Positions 19,959 through 29,521 of a DNA stretch of 64,000 nt are shown here, one piece after another. Source of the stretch: Mesonia oceanica (GTDB lineage Bacteria > Bacteroidota > Bacteroidia > Flavobacteriales > Flavobacteriaceae). The stretch lies in contig NZ_CABVMM010000009.1 in assembly GCF_902499555.1 (NCBI RefSeq), forward strand, positions 93,178 to 157,177, in the 5' to 3' direction. The notes under the pieces were generated by a model, which did not search any database, was not told where the DNA came from, and saw only the letters and a list, made by a program, of their open reading frames with translations. Within the stretch, counting starts at the first letter, position 1, and every line of letters begins with the position of its first letter. A program made the position numbers and the translations under genes.

Positions 19959-20753
19959 TTACTTTTTCCGTTCAATTTCTTCAATAAAATTTTTAGCACT
20001 TTCCCCGGGATTTTCAGTTTTCATGAACGTTTCTCCTATCAAAAAACCTCGGTAACCATATTCTCTTAATTCTAAAGTATCGGAAGTAGATTGGAGTCCG
20101 CTTTCAGAAATTTTCACCATTTCTTCAGGAATTAAGGAAGATAGTTGTTTACTGATTTCCGTAGAAACTTCAAATGTTTTTAGGTTCCGGTTGTTTACTC
20201 CAATGAGTTGAACTTGTGCCTGAAGGTTTGCTTGTAATTCTTCTGTGTTGTGAACTTCTAATAAAACTTCCATCCCTAATTCATTAGCGAGTAAAGCGAA
20301 ATTTTTTATTTGTTGCGGACTCAAAATGGCAGCAATTAATAGGATTACATCGGCGCCGTTAGCTTTGGCCTCTAGCATTTGATACTCATCGATGATGAAA
20401 TCTTTTCGCAGCAAAGGGAATTGTACACTCGATCTAGCCAGTTGTAAATCTTCTAAAGAACCTCCGAAAAAACTATTATCGGTTAAAACAGAACTTCCGC
20501 ATGCTCCCGCTTTTTGATAGCTTACAAGCACTTCATTCACATATAAATTTTGATTGATGTTGGGCTTAGAAGGAGATCTTCGTTTGTGCTCTGCTATAAT
20601 TCCGCTTTCACTTTTCTTTAAAGCTTGGCTTAACGAAAAACATGCTCGGTTAAAAAGTGGCGATTGCTCTACATATTTTATGGGAAGCAATTCTTTTTTT
20701 AGCTGAATTTCTGTAAGCTTATGCTTGACGATGGTATCTAAAATAGTAGCCAT
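19959..20753 (-). CDS. trpC: Indole-3-glycerol phosphate synthase
   Basis: 264 aa; IGPS motifs (IAEHKRRSPS, LLIAAIL). Confidence 0.85.
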   Translation of the reverse strand: MATILDTIVKHKLTEIQLKKELLPIKYVEQSPLFNRACFSLSQALKKSESGIIAEHKRRSPSKPNINQNLYVNEVLVSYQKAGACGSSVLTDNSFFGGSLEDLQLARSSVQFPLLRKDFIIDEYQMLEAKANGADVILLIAAILSPQQIKNFALLANELGMEVLLEVHNTEELQANLQAQVQLIGVNNRNLKTFEVSTEISKQLSSLIPEEMVKISESGLQSTSDTLELREYGYRGFLIGETFMKTENPGESAKNFIEEIERKK

Positions 20754-21745
20754 TATGCACTTAATTTTTGGAGTGTTTTTAATTTTTCTAAGGCTTTACC
20801 ACTTTTTAGTGATTCTTCTGCCAAGGCTAAGCCTTCTGAAATACTACAGTTTTTAGCGGTTGAAATGGCTAGGGCAGCATTGGCACAAACCACTTGATGT
20901 TGAGCTTTAGAACCTTGACCGTTTAAAATTTTCTGAAAAATCTTTACCGCTTCAGGAATCGTTTCTCCTCCATAAATTTCTTCGGCTTTAATTTTTTCAG
21001 CTTTAAAATCTTCGGGAGTTAAAACCGTATTTATTTGATTACCTACAATTTTGGTATCTCCGGTGAGGGAAACTTCATCGTAACCATCAAGGGCGTGTAC
21101 AATTTTAAAATTAGTATCGGTATGTTGATAGAGATAACTGTAAATTCTCGCTAATTCCAAACTAAAAACTCCTACTATTTGGTTGGGCGGTTTTGCAGGG
21201 TTTACCATGGGACCTAACATATTGAAGAACGTTTTTACCGCTAAATCTTTTCGTATCGGAGCGACAAACTTCATAGCCGGATGAAAAAGTGGTGCGTGTA
21301 GCACGCATATGCCTGCTTTTTCTAAACAGGTTTCTAAAAACGCCTGATCGTTAGAAAATTTGACTCCAAGATTTTCCAGAACATTACTACTTCCGCTGAC
21401 CGAAGAAACACTGTAATTTCCGTGTTTGGTCACCTTAACTCCAGCTCCGGCAGTGATGAACGATGCTAGGGTAGATATGTTAAACGTGTTTTTGCCATCG
21501 CCGCCCGTTCCACATAAATCGATGGGATGATGATCTGCTAAATTGAGGGGAACCGCAAGTTCTAATAAAGCATCACGAAAACCTGCTAACTCTTCAATGG
21601 TAATGCTACGCATCATATAAACGGTAAGAAAACTAGCAACCTGACTATGATTTGCTTTGCCTTCAGAAATATTGATAAGCGCTTGTTTAGCTTCCGCTTT
21701 GCTTAAAATTTCGTGATGTGTTAATCTGTTGAGTAATTGTTTCAT
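20753..21745 (-). CDS. trpD: Anthranilate phosphoribosyltransferase
   Basis: 330 aa; GTGGDG and KHGN motifs. Confidence 0.85.
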   Translation of the reverse strand: MKQLLNRLTHHEILSKAEAKQALINISEGKANHSQVASFLTVYMMRSITIEELAGFRDALLELAVPLNLADHHPIDLCGTGGDGKNTFNISTLASFITAGAGVKVTKHGNYSVSSVSGSSNVLENLGVKFSNDQAFLETCLEKAGICVLHAPLFHPAMKFVAPIRKDLAVKTFFNMLGPMVNPAKPPNQIVGVFSLELARIYSYLYQHTDTNFKIVHALDGYDEVSLTGDTKIVGNQINTVLTPEDFKAEKIKAEEIYGGETIPEAVKIFQKILNGQGSKAQHQVVCANAALAISTAKNCSISEGLALAEESLKSGKALEKLKTLQKLSA

Positions 21746-21848
21746 TTTTACCTATTTTCCTTCTAAAAAAGAGTTTTAGATGATGAATTTATTTTAAAAG
21801 GACGTTTTTCATTTATTCGATTCCTGTGAATTTTCAATCAGCGTGTTC

Positions 21849-21910
21849 TCATCCTTCTGATGTGACCCTGAATCAAGCCCGCCTGCCGGACGGGCAGGTT
21901 CAGGGTGACG
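21849..21910. repeat. REP/MITE-like element (inverse orientation: gtgaccctgaatcaagcccgcctgccggacgggcaggttcagggtgacg)
   Basis: Reverse complement of the 19385-19440 unit. Confidence 0.6.
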
Positions 21911-21918
21911 ATAGGGAA

Positions 21919-22512
21919 TTAAGCTGAGACCGTTTCTTCATTTTTAACTGGGATTTCTATCCAATTTTTTAAGATTTCTTTTCCTTGTGGCGTGAGTACC
22001 GATTCCGGATGAAATTGGACACCATACACCTGAAAATCTCGGTGACGCAATGACATGATTTGTCCGTTTTCATCATAAGAAGTTGGGATTAATGAGTGGG
22101 GTAAGTCTTGAACTACCCAAGAATGGTAGCGGCCTACTTCTAATTTCTGCGGAAGATTTTTAAAGAGCGTCTCCTCATGGTCAATAATTTGAATTGGGGT
22201 AGCAACTCCATGAAAAACCTGATTTAAATTGTTGAGTTTTCCTCCAAAAACTTCACCTATGGCTTGTTGCCCTAAGCAAACGCCTAAAATACTTTTAGTA
22301 GGCGCATAAGTACTTACAATCTTGTTCAGTAATCCTGCTTCTGAGGGAATGCCAGGTCCCGGGGAAAGTAAGATTCTATCGAAGACTTCAATTTCATCTA
22401 AATCAATTTCGTTATTTCTTCTTACGATGACTTCACAATCGAGATCTTCTAAGTAGTGAACCAAGTTGTATACAAAACTATCGTAATTATCGATGACTAA
22501 TATCTTTTTCAT
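21919..22512 (-). CDS. trpG: Anthranilate synthase component II (glutamine amidotransferase)
   Basis: 197 aa class-I GATase, catalytic GVCLGQQ and HPES motifs. Confidence 0.85.
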   Translation of the reverse strand: MKKILVIDNYDSFVYNLVHYLEDLDCEVIVRRNNEIDLDEIEVFDRILLSPGPGIPSEAGLLNKIVSTYAPTKSILGVCLGQQAIGEVFGGKLNNLNQVFHGVATPIQIIDHEETLFKNLPQKLEVGRYHSWVVQDLPHSLIPTSYDENGQIMSLRHRDFQVYGVQFHPESVLTPQGKEILKNWIEIPVKNEETVSA

Positions 22513-22550
22513 TTTTATGAGATTTCATATTCTAATTAATGAACTCTTTA

Positions 22551-22628
22551 GTCATGCTGATTTTATTTCAGCATCTCATCATCAATTTTACAAGTTGGAT
22601 GAGAACCTGAATCAAGTTCAGGTTGACG
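22551..22628. repeat. REP/MITE-like elements in trpE-trpG intergenic region
   Basis: gtcatgctgattttatttcagcatctcatc and gatgagaacctgaatcaagttcaggttgacg. Confidence 0.6.
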
Positions 22629-22640
22629 CATAGTTTCATT

Positions 22641-24035
22641 TTATAATTCTTTAGCTATTTCAAGGGCTTTGGTAAGTGCTCCTAGTTTATTATAGACTTC
22701 TTGCAATTCGTTTTCAGGTTTAGAGTCGGTTACAATTCCGGCGCCGGCTTGCCAATGAAGTTGATGATCTTTACTTAAAAATGTTCTAATCATTATAGCA
22801 TGGTTAAAGTTTCCTTTAAAATCCATCACTCCTATGGCACCTCCATAAAACGTTCTGTTGACCGTTTCATATTTCTCTATTAACTCTAACGCTTTATATT
22901 TTGGAGCTCCACTTAAAGTTCCTGCAGGAAAGGTGTCTGCCACTAACTGCATGGTGTTGATGTTGTTTTTCTTTTTTCCGGTGACTTTGCTAACCAAGTG
23001 GATCACGTGTGAGAAAAACTGAATTTCACGATAGGTTTCCACGTTTACTTCAGCACAGTTCCTACTTAAATCGTTTCGCGCCAAATCTACGAGCATCACG
23101 TGTTCTGAGTTTTCTTTGGCATCTGAAGCGAGTTGTTTGGCAAGTTCTGCATCCCGTTCATCATTTCCGGAGCGTTTGATGGTGCCGGCAATGGGATGAA
23201 TTTCTGCTATTTCGTTCTCGACAACCAGTTGTGCTTCTGGAGAGCTTCCGAAGATTTTAAAATTTCCGTAGTCAAAATAAAAAAGGTAAGGAGAGGGGTT
23301 TACACTTCGTAAAGCACGATAAACATTAAAATCGTCTCCTTTGAATTTCTGAGTGAAACGCTTCGATAGTACCAGTTGAAAAACGTCACCACGTGCACAA
23401 TGTTGCTTTGCTTTTTCTACGTTTTGTTTGTAAACTTCATCTTCTATATTCGAGATGATTTCTCCGTCGGTTGTAAAATTGAATTGCGCAAAATTCTTGG
23501 TTTGCAGTATAGCTAAAAGTGAATCTAAATTGCTTTCTGAATTGTAGTTGTGCGAAAATAAATAAGCTTCATTGTTAAAATGATTAATGGCAATAATGTT
23601 TTGATACACGGCGTAATAAAAATCTGGTATATCAAGTTTGTCTTCTTTTTCTCGAAGTTCAATACTTTCAAAATATTTTACAGCATCATAACCGGTGTAG
23701 CCAAAAATACCGTTGTGAATGAATTTATAATTGGTTTCTTCGGTTTTAAATTGTTGAGCAAAATTTTCTATTTCTGAAGGAATATGAACTTCTGGGGTGA
23801 TTTTTTTTTCAATTTTTTTTCCGTCAGGGTAACTAACCAAAAGCGTATTGTTTTTAGCTTTTATGGAAGCAATTGGATTGCAACAGATGTACGAAAAGCT
23901 GTTTTTATTGGCGTGATAGTCGCTACTTTCTAATAATAAACTATGCGGAAATTGATCACGTAGTTTAAGGTAAATACTCACCGGTGTGATGGTATCTGCG
24001 ATAATTTTTTTGGATTCGGTTGTAAGGGTGTACAT
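22641..24035 (-). CDS. trpE: Anthranilate synthase component I
   Basis: 464 aa; chorismate-binding domain motifs (LVDLARNDL, GGAIG). Confidence 0.85.
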   Translation of the reverse strand: MYTLTTESKKIIADTITPVSIYLKLRDQFPHSLLLESSDYHANKNSFSYICCNPIASIKAKNNTLLVSYPDGKKIEKKITPEVHIPSEIENFAQQFKTEETNYKFIHNGIFGYTGYDAVKYFESIELREKEDKLDIPDFYYAVYQNIIAINHFNNEAYLFSHNYNSESNLDSLLAILQTKNFAQFNFTTDGEIISNIEDEVYKQNVEKAKQHCARGDVFQLVLSKRFTQKFKGDDFNVYRALRSVNPSPYLFYFDYGNFKIFGSSPEAQLVVENEIAEIHPIAGTIKRSGNDERDAELAKQLASDAKENSEHVMLVDLARNDLSRNCAEVNVETYREIQFFSHVIHLVSKVTGKKKNNINTMQLVADTFPAGTLSGAPKYKALELIEKYETVNRTFYGGAIGVMDFKGNFNHAIMIRTFLSKDHQLHWQAGAGIVTDSKPENELQEVYNKLGALTKALEIAKEL

Positions 24036-24060
24036 GATCTTGTTTTAAAATTCATTCAAT

Positions 24061-24088
24061 AAAAAAAGGCTTGTCGTGATGACAAGCC
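24061..24088 (-). terminator. Attenuator terminator hairpin GGCTTGTC-ATCAC-GACAAGCC followed by T7 on minus strand, 28 nt upstream of trpE ATG
   Basis: Perfect 8-bp GC-containing stem plus U-tract; sits between a WWW leader ORF and trpE. Confidence 0.6.
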
Positions 24089-24124
24089 TTTTTGGATATG
24101 GTAAATATACAAAGCGGTGTTAGC

Positions 24125-24181
24125 TCACGACGTTTTTCGTAAGTTATTCCACCACCAAGTATGTACAGTTAAAATTTTCAT
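24125..24181 (-). CDS. trpL: trp operon leader peptide (18 aa: MKILTVHTWWWNNLRKTS) with three consecutive Trp codons
   Basis: Reverse-strand ATG 24181..24179, TGA 24127..24125; TGG TGG TGG at 24157..24149; followed by terminator hairpin; classic ribosome-mediated attenuation layout. Confidence 0.55.
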   Translation of the reverse strand: MKILTVHTWWWNNLRKTS

Positions 24182-24225
24182 TAGTTCAAAGATAAGTAGG
24201 AAATTGAAATTTCCAAATCTTTTAG

Positions 24226-24801
24226 TTAGAATTTAAGTTTTACGTCTAATTTAAATTCATCATAGATCACTTTGTCACCTAAACCGTCAAAGATACTTCC
24301 TGATCCGTATTTTACATCATATTTCGTTCTGTCTATGGTTAAATCTGCAGTTGCGGTATCTCCATTCATTTCTAAATCAAAAGTTACCGGATTTGTTTTT
24401 CCTTTAATGGTAAGGTCTGCAATTATACCGTAAGCATCTCCTTTTTTAGTAGCGTTTTTAATCACTAATTTAGCGGTTGGATGATTGGCAACTCCAAAAA
24501 AGTCATCAGATTTTAAGTGACCTTCTAATTTTTGTTTTCCTTCCCCTTCCAGGTCAGTAGCAGCGATAGAAGTCATATCTACGATAAACTCACCTCCGGT
24601 AATTTTATCACCATCCATAGTTAAGTAACCTTCTTTGAACATGATTGTTCCTTCGTGAGAACCGGTTAGTTTTTCACCTTCCCATTCAATTTTACTTTCT
24701 TTTGTATTTAAAGTTTTCTTTTTAATAGGATTTGTGGTAAAAGAAATCATTGTGAATACCATGGCTAAAAGCCCAGCAGATTTTAAAATTTTTGTGTTCA
24801 T
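24226..24801 (-). CDS. YceI-family periplasmic polyisoprenoid-binding protein
   Basis: 191 aa with signal peptide; YceI-like beta-barrel segments. Confidence 0.6.
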   Translation of the reverse strand: MNTKILKSAGLLAMVFTMISFTTNPIKKKTLNTKESKIEWEGEKLTGSHEGTIMFKEGYLTMDGDKITGGEFIVDMTSIAATDLEGEGKQKLEGHLKSDDFFGVANHPTAKLVIKNATKKGDAYGIIADLTIKGKTNPVTFDLEMNGDTATADLTIDRTKYDVKYGSGSIFDGLGDKVIYDEFKLDVKLKF

Positions 24802-24827
24802 CTTTTTGATAATTAAAGTGTTTATAG

Positions 24828-25460
24828 TTAAATATTGATAAATAAATCTTCGTTAGATTTTCTAACTTTCTTATAGTTTTGGGTAATATCCTCTTCACTT
24901 CTGTAACCTGCCGTTGCAATTACAGCGGTAGTCAAGCCTTTTTCTTTTAAACCTAGAATTTCATCAAATTCTTCCGCATTAAAGCCTTCCATCGGGCAAG
25001 TATCTATTTTTAATGTGGCAGCAGCATTTAATAAAAAGCCTAAGGCTATATAGGTTTGTTTAGCCGTCCAAACTGCTTGTTGGTCTTTTGGTAAGCTCAT
25101 CGATGCGCCTTTAATCATTTCTGCAAATTGATCTAATTCAGAAAGATCCATCCCTCTAGTTTCAGCCACATTTTTCATGTAATCTTGAATGTATTCTTCT
25201 TTTACTTCTGTATAAGAAGCAAAAACAAATACTTGAGATGCCTCGGTAAGTTGAGGTTGATTAAAGGCTGCTGCTCTTAGTTTTTCCTTTGTCTTTTCAT
25301 CTTCAATTACCAATACTTGGTAAGGTTGAAGTCCATAAGAAGAAGCGCTTAAGCGAACAGCTTCTTTTAGCGCTGAAAGGTCTTCAGCAGAGATTTTTTT
25401 ATTTTCGTCAAAACGTTTGGTGGCGTATCTCCAATTTAAATTTTCTAAGTGTGTTTTCAT
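24828..25460 (-). CDS. NAD(P)H nitroreductase family protein
   Basis: 210 aa; nitroreductase fold motifs (RYATKRF, conserved C-terminal GY). Confidence 0.7.
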   Translation of the reverse strand: MKTHLENLNWRYATKRFDENKKISAEDLSALKEAVRLSASSYGLQPYQVLVIEDEKTKEKLRAAAFNQPQLTEASQVFVFASYTEVKEEYIQDYMKNVAETRGMDLSELDQFAEMIKGASMSLPKDQQAVWTAKQTYIALGFLLNAAATLKIDTCPMEGFNAEEFDEILGLKEKGLTTAVIATAGYRSEEDITQNYKKVRKSNEDLFINI

Positions 25461-25500
25461 GATTGTTGTATGTACAAATGTTTAATTAAATTTTTTTGAG

Positions 25501-26031
25501 TTATGATCTTAATTTTTCAAGTAATCCATTGAGTTGTTCTAATTCTTGTTTGCTCAAGTTTTTAGTAGCTTCTTTTTCCGATTCTTCTACTTTTGGATCT
25601 AATTCTTTTAAAAGATTTAATCCTTCTTGAGTAATTAAAATTTCGACTTTACGTCTGTTTTCTTCACAAATACAGCGGTCTGCCAATTTTTTATCAATAA
25701 GCTTATCTACCAATCGAGTGGTATTACTCATTTTATTTACCATCCTGTCTTGAATAGTGCTAAGGTTAGCAGGTTTATTTCCTTGGCCGCGTAAAATTCT
25801 TAATACATTGAATTGAGGAACAGAAATTCCATAATTTTTAAGTAAGCACATCATTTCATTACTTGCTTGAGCACTAGTTAGCTGCAAGTTGATAAGCACC
25901 TTTTTATGAATAGAGAGCTTCGCTTTTGTTTTTAAAATTTCTTCAACTTTCATTGTATCGACAATATTTGTATGTACAAATGTATGATTGTTTGATGGAT
26001 ATTTTATTAATAGAATGTTAAAATTTAGCAT
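25501..26031 (-). CDS. MarR family transcriptional regulator (likely true start at 25953, MKVEEIL...)
   Basis: wHTH region QFNVLRILRGQGNKPANLSTIQDRM; first 26 aa of the long ORF look non-native. Confidence 0.7.
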   Translation of the reverse strand: MLNFNILLIKYPSNNHTFVHTNIVDTMKVEEILKTKAKLSIHKKVLINLQLTSAQASNEMMCLLKNYGISVPQFNVLRILRGQGNKPANLSTIQDRMVNKMSNTTRLVDKLIDKKLADRCICEENRRKVEILITQEGLNLLKELDPKVEESEKEATKNLSKQELEQLNGLLEKLRS

Positions 26032-26142
26032 ATTTAGGCTCTTCCTGTGGTTGAAGTTTTAGCTTTAGCCAAAAATTGGCATTAAACTATTGTTAATTCA
26101 GATGAGGTGAATAACAAAATATTCTAATTTTATAGGCTATAG

Positions 26143-26667
26143 GTGAATATGAGTATGAAGAAAATTTTTTTATTTTTTATAGGGATTATTTTTTTGGGTT
26201 GTAAAGAGAATAATTCTTCTAAAACCGAAGAAAATTTTCAGGCAAAAGACATCCCTACCTATAATTTTGAAGAGCTCGAAAAACAGCTTCCACAAACAGA
26301 TGATAAGGTTTATGTAGTAAATTTTTGGGCTACTTGGTGTGCTCCTTGTGTAGAAGAGCTGCCATTTTTGACGATGTTGGATGAAAAAGAGAAAGAGGTA
26401 GAGGTGATTTTAGTGAGTTTGGATATGCCTAAGATGAAAGATACTCATTTAAAGCCTTTTGTAGAAAAGAATAAAATTAAATCTAAGGTGATGTTATTGG
26501 ACGATCCCTACAGTAATAAATGGATTCCCAAAATAGATGAGAATTGGGATGGTGCTATTCCCGCCACTTTAATTTATAATTCTAAAAAGAAAAAGTTTTA
26601 CCCCAAAAAATTTGACACTTATCAAGAATTGCTTGACGAAGTTCAAAAATTTGAAAATGTCAATTAA
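26143..26667 (+). CDS. TlpA/ResA-like thiol:disulfide oxidoreductase lipoprotein (thioredoxin fold, WCAPC)
   Basis: 174 aa; lipoprotein signal ...FLGC; active-site motif WATWCAPC. Confidence 0.7.
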   Translation: MNMSMKKIFLFFIGIIFLGCKENNSSKTEENFQAKDIPTYNFEELEKQLPQTDDKVYVVNFWATWCAPCVEELPFLTMLDEKEKEVEVILVSLDMPKMKDTHLKPFVEKNKIKSKVMLLDDPYSNKWIPKIDENWDGAIPATLIYNSKKKKFYPKKFDTYQELLDEVQKFENVN

Positions 26668-26676
26668 AATATAATT

Positions 26677-27315
26677 ATGAGAACTTTTAAAATCTTAACC
26701 GTTTCTGCCGCTATCATTGCTGTTTCTGCTTTTGCTGTAAACAATGTTGTTGATAGTGAAGAATCTTCAAATTCATCTGAAAAAGGTTACCATATAGGAG
26801 ATACCGCTACCGATTTTGAATTAAAAAACATAGACGGAAAGATGGTTTCTTTAGCTGATTTTGAAAAAGCAAAAGGCTTTATCCTCATTTTTACGACAAA
26901 TCATTGTCCGTATGCCAAAGCTTATGAAGATAGGATTGTAGCTTTGGACAAAAAATATAAGCTGAAAGGATATCCTGTGATAGCGATAAATCCTAATGAT
27001 CCTTCTAAAAATGAGCAGGATAGTTTTGAAAATATGCAATTAAGAGCTAAACAAAAAGGTTTTACTTTTCCCTATTTATTAGATGAAGGCCAAAAAATCT
27101 ACCCGGTTTACGGAGCTACTAAAACCCCACACGTTTATATTTTACAGAAAGAAGCAGGAAAAAATATAGTACGGTACATAGGGGCAATTGATGATAATTA
27201 TCAAGATACAGAGGCAGTTAATGAAAAATTTGTAGAAAATGCTATCGATGAATTACTGGCTGGAGAAAAAGTTTCCCTAACAACCACCAAAGCTATTGGT
27301 TGTGGTATTAAATAA
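26677..27315 (+). CDS. Thioredoxin-fold (redoxin/peroxiredoxin-like) protein
   Basis: 212 aa; signal peptide; single Cys motif TTNHCPYAK in thioredoxin-like context. Confidence 0.5.
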   Translation: MRTFKILTVSAAIIAVSAFAVNNVVDSEESSNSSEKGYHIGDTATDFELKNIDGKMVSLADFEKAKGFILIFTTNHCPYAKAYEDRIVALDKKYKLKGYPVIAINPNDPSKNEQDSFENMQLRAKQKGFTFPYLLDEGQKIYPVYGATKTPHVYILQKEAGKNIVRYIGAIDDNYQDTEAVNEKFVENAIDELLAGEKVSLTTTKAIGCGIK

Positions 27316-27347
27316 AGTTTTACTTTTGTTGAAAATATAAATTATCT

Positions 27348-27662
27348 ATGAAAGAATTATCTCAAGAAGATTGGAAAAAACAATATGAAAATGATGAAAA
27401 CTCGTTTTTATTAGATGTTCGTACCGATGAAGAATATGATGAAAAACATATTCCCAATTCAACTCAACTTGATATTTTTCAAGCTCAGAAGTTTATGGAG
27501 GAAGTAAACGAGTTTGATAAATCTAAAAACTACTATGTTTATTGTAGATCGGGTAAAAGAAGTGCGCAAGCATGTCAGATTTTAGATCAAGCCGGTGTAG
27601 CCAATACCTATAACCTTCAAGGCGGTATTATGGAATGGAAAGGAGAGACTAATTCTAATTAA
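27348..27662 (+). CDS. Single-domain rhodanese-like sulfurtransferase
   Basis: 104 aa; active-site loop YCRSGKRS. Confidence 0.75.
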   Translation: MKELSQEDWKKQYENDENSFLLDVRTDEEYDEKHIPNSTQLDIFQAQKFMEEVNEFDKSKNYYVYCRSGKRSAQACQILDQAGVANTYNLQGGIMEWKGETNSN

Positions 27663-27670
27663 TTATTTGT

Positions 27671-28078
27671 TTGTTGAAGAAAAGTATTTTATACCTCAGT
27701 ATTTTAGTGATTTCATTCAATTTTTTCATATCCTGCAAAGAAGGGGTAGCAAAGGAAGAAAACACTATAGAGATGGTTACTTCGGAAGAAATGGAAAAAC
27801 TTTCTAAAATGGATGATGTGGAAGTTCTTGATGTTCGTACTGAAGAAGAGTTTATTACAGAACATATCAAGAATGCCCAGAATATTGTTTACGATGAAAA
27901 TTTCTCCGATAAAATTAAAGGTTTAGACAAAAGCAAGCCTGTCGTCGTATATTGCAAATCGGGAAGGAGAAGTGAAAAAAGTGCTCAACTATTAAAAGAT
28001 TCCGGTTTTGTGAAAGTTTATGATCTCAAGGGCGGCATCACTCAATGGAAATACGACCAAAAAGAAACTGAAAAATAA
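27671..28078 (+). CDS. Rhodanese-like domain protein (secreted/lipo)
   Basis: 135 aa; signal peptide; active-site loop YCKSGRRS. Confidence 0.75.
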   Translation: MLKKSILYLSILVISFNFFISCKEGVAKEENTIEMVTSEEMEKLSKMDDVEVLDVRTEEEFITEHIKNAQNIVYDENFSDKIKGLDKSKPVVVYCKSGRRSEKSAQLLKDSGFVKVYDLKGGITQWKYDQKETEK

Positions 28079-28085
28079 ACTCTAT

Positions 28086-28847
28086 CTAGAGTTTATTTTT
28101 CAGTTTTAAAAATTCCTGTTCCAGAAAATTCAGTTTTTCCTCTACATTTTTTCCTGAATTTTGCTCAGGGATACGTTTAAAAAATACATATCTTACTTTC
28201 CAGAGTTCTTTAATTTCATTCAAATCAAAAGTTAGATCATCCACACTTTTATGATCTGCTCTTAGCGTTAATTTATTCTTCGCAATATAGAGCCTGCGTA
28301 AAATAAGTTCGTCTTTCACAAGCGCTAGTACAATATTCCCGTTGTTTAATTTTTTATAAACACTGCTCGGTACATATTCACCAATCACTACATCTTTCGG
28401 GTAGAGACCTTGGTCGTGGTCGGTCATTTCTAAATTTGAAACCGTATAGGCCCTAAACTTTTTTTCGGTATTTATAGGAAGTTGAAGTGTAGGTAATCCT
28501 GCAATAAATTGATCATCTTCAAATTGAAGTAGGTAATCTTTTGTGTTTTGTTCTGTAATACACGGGATAGAAGCAAAACTCTCCTTCATCCTTTCTTCTA
28601 CTTTTAACGAAAGATCACCTTTAAACTTTAATAGATGATTTACGGTAAGTTCTTTAGTGAGCAAATCATCAATGGTGATGCTAAAATAATTAGCTATTTT
28701 AAGGATCGTTTCAATTTTGGGTTCACTTCTTCCTTCCTCATAAGCTCCTAAAGTTCCACGTTTTAAGTCAAATAAGTCTGCAAAGGCCTGCTGACTCATA
28801 TTTCTTACATTTCTTATTTTTCTAATGTTTTTACCAAAAAGAGACAT
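28086..28847 (-). CDS. XRE-family HTH + S24 (LexA/phage-repressor-like) domain transcriptional repressor
   Basis: 253 aa; N-terminal HTH_XRE (IRKIRNVRNMSQQAFADLF...YEEG), C-terminal S24-like beta domain (AGLP...GEYV...K); divergent from the pspA cluster. Confidence 0.6.
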   Translation of the reverse strand: MSLFGKNIRKIRNVRNMSQQAFADLFDLKRGTLGAYEEGRSEPKIETILKIANYFSITIDDLLTKELTVNHLLKFKGDLSLKVEERMKESFASIPCITEQNTKDYLLQFEDDQFIAGLPTLQLPINTEKKFRAYTVSNLEMTDHDQGLYPKDVVIGEYVPSSVYKKLNNGNIVLALVKDELILRRLYIAKNKLTLRADHKSVDDLTFDLNEIKELWKVRYVFFKRIPEQNSGKNVEEKLNFLEQEFLKLKNKL

Positions 28848-29114
28848 ATTTTGCTAATTATATTTGCAATATTAAATTTTATTTGTATCTTTATCTAAGA
28901 TTATTAGCTAATATACAATTAAATTGCTAATTAAATAGTCTGAATTTAAAATTAGACTAAAATAATTAGCATTAAATGTTAATTAAATTTTAAAAAAACG
29001 AAGCCTTATGTTATCTTTAATTTTAATAACTTATCCCCATTTGTATTGCTTTTTGGAGCAAAGTGGAATGTTATGTGAACTATTACTATAAACCAGCGAA
29101 AAACCAATATTTGA

Positions 29115-29510
29115 ATGAAAGATCATTTTCAAATTACCAAAAACTTTTTATTGGAGCTTAATTTCAATATTACTTATGAGAATCAAAAAGACGAAGTTAT
29201 AGTGGTACAAAAGGAAAACTTCGGCATTAAAAATTTAATTCTAGGAGTTTCACCGCCTATATTAATTATGGAGCAATTCATATTTAATATCAGCAATCAA
29301 TCAGAAAAAGTCTTTAGAAGTCTATTGCAGAAAAATCGGGATATTATTCATGGCGCTTTTGTGTTAGACGAATCTGGAACTCGTGTAATTTTTAGGGATA
29401 CACTCCAAATAGAAAATTTAGACCTTAATGAACTCGAAGGTTCGTTAAACTCATTGAGCTTATTAATGAGTGAATACTCAGACAACATCATAGAATTTTC
29501 AAAATATTAA
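29115..29510 (+). CDS. YbjN-like (T3SS-chaperone-like fold) putative sensory/chaperone protein
   Basis: 131 aa acidic protein, size and composition similar to YbjN family; first gene of cluster with pspA. Confidence 0.35.
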   Translation: MKDHFQITKNFLLELNFNITYENQKDEVIVVQKENFGIKNLILGVSPPILIMEQFIFNISNQSEKVFRSLLQKNRDIIHGAFVLDESGTRVIFRDTLQIENLDLNELEGSLNSLSLLMSEYSDNIIEFSKY

Positions 29511-29521
29511 AAACCATTATT

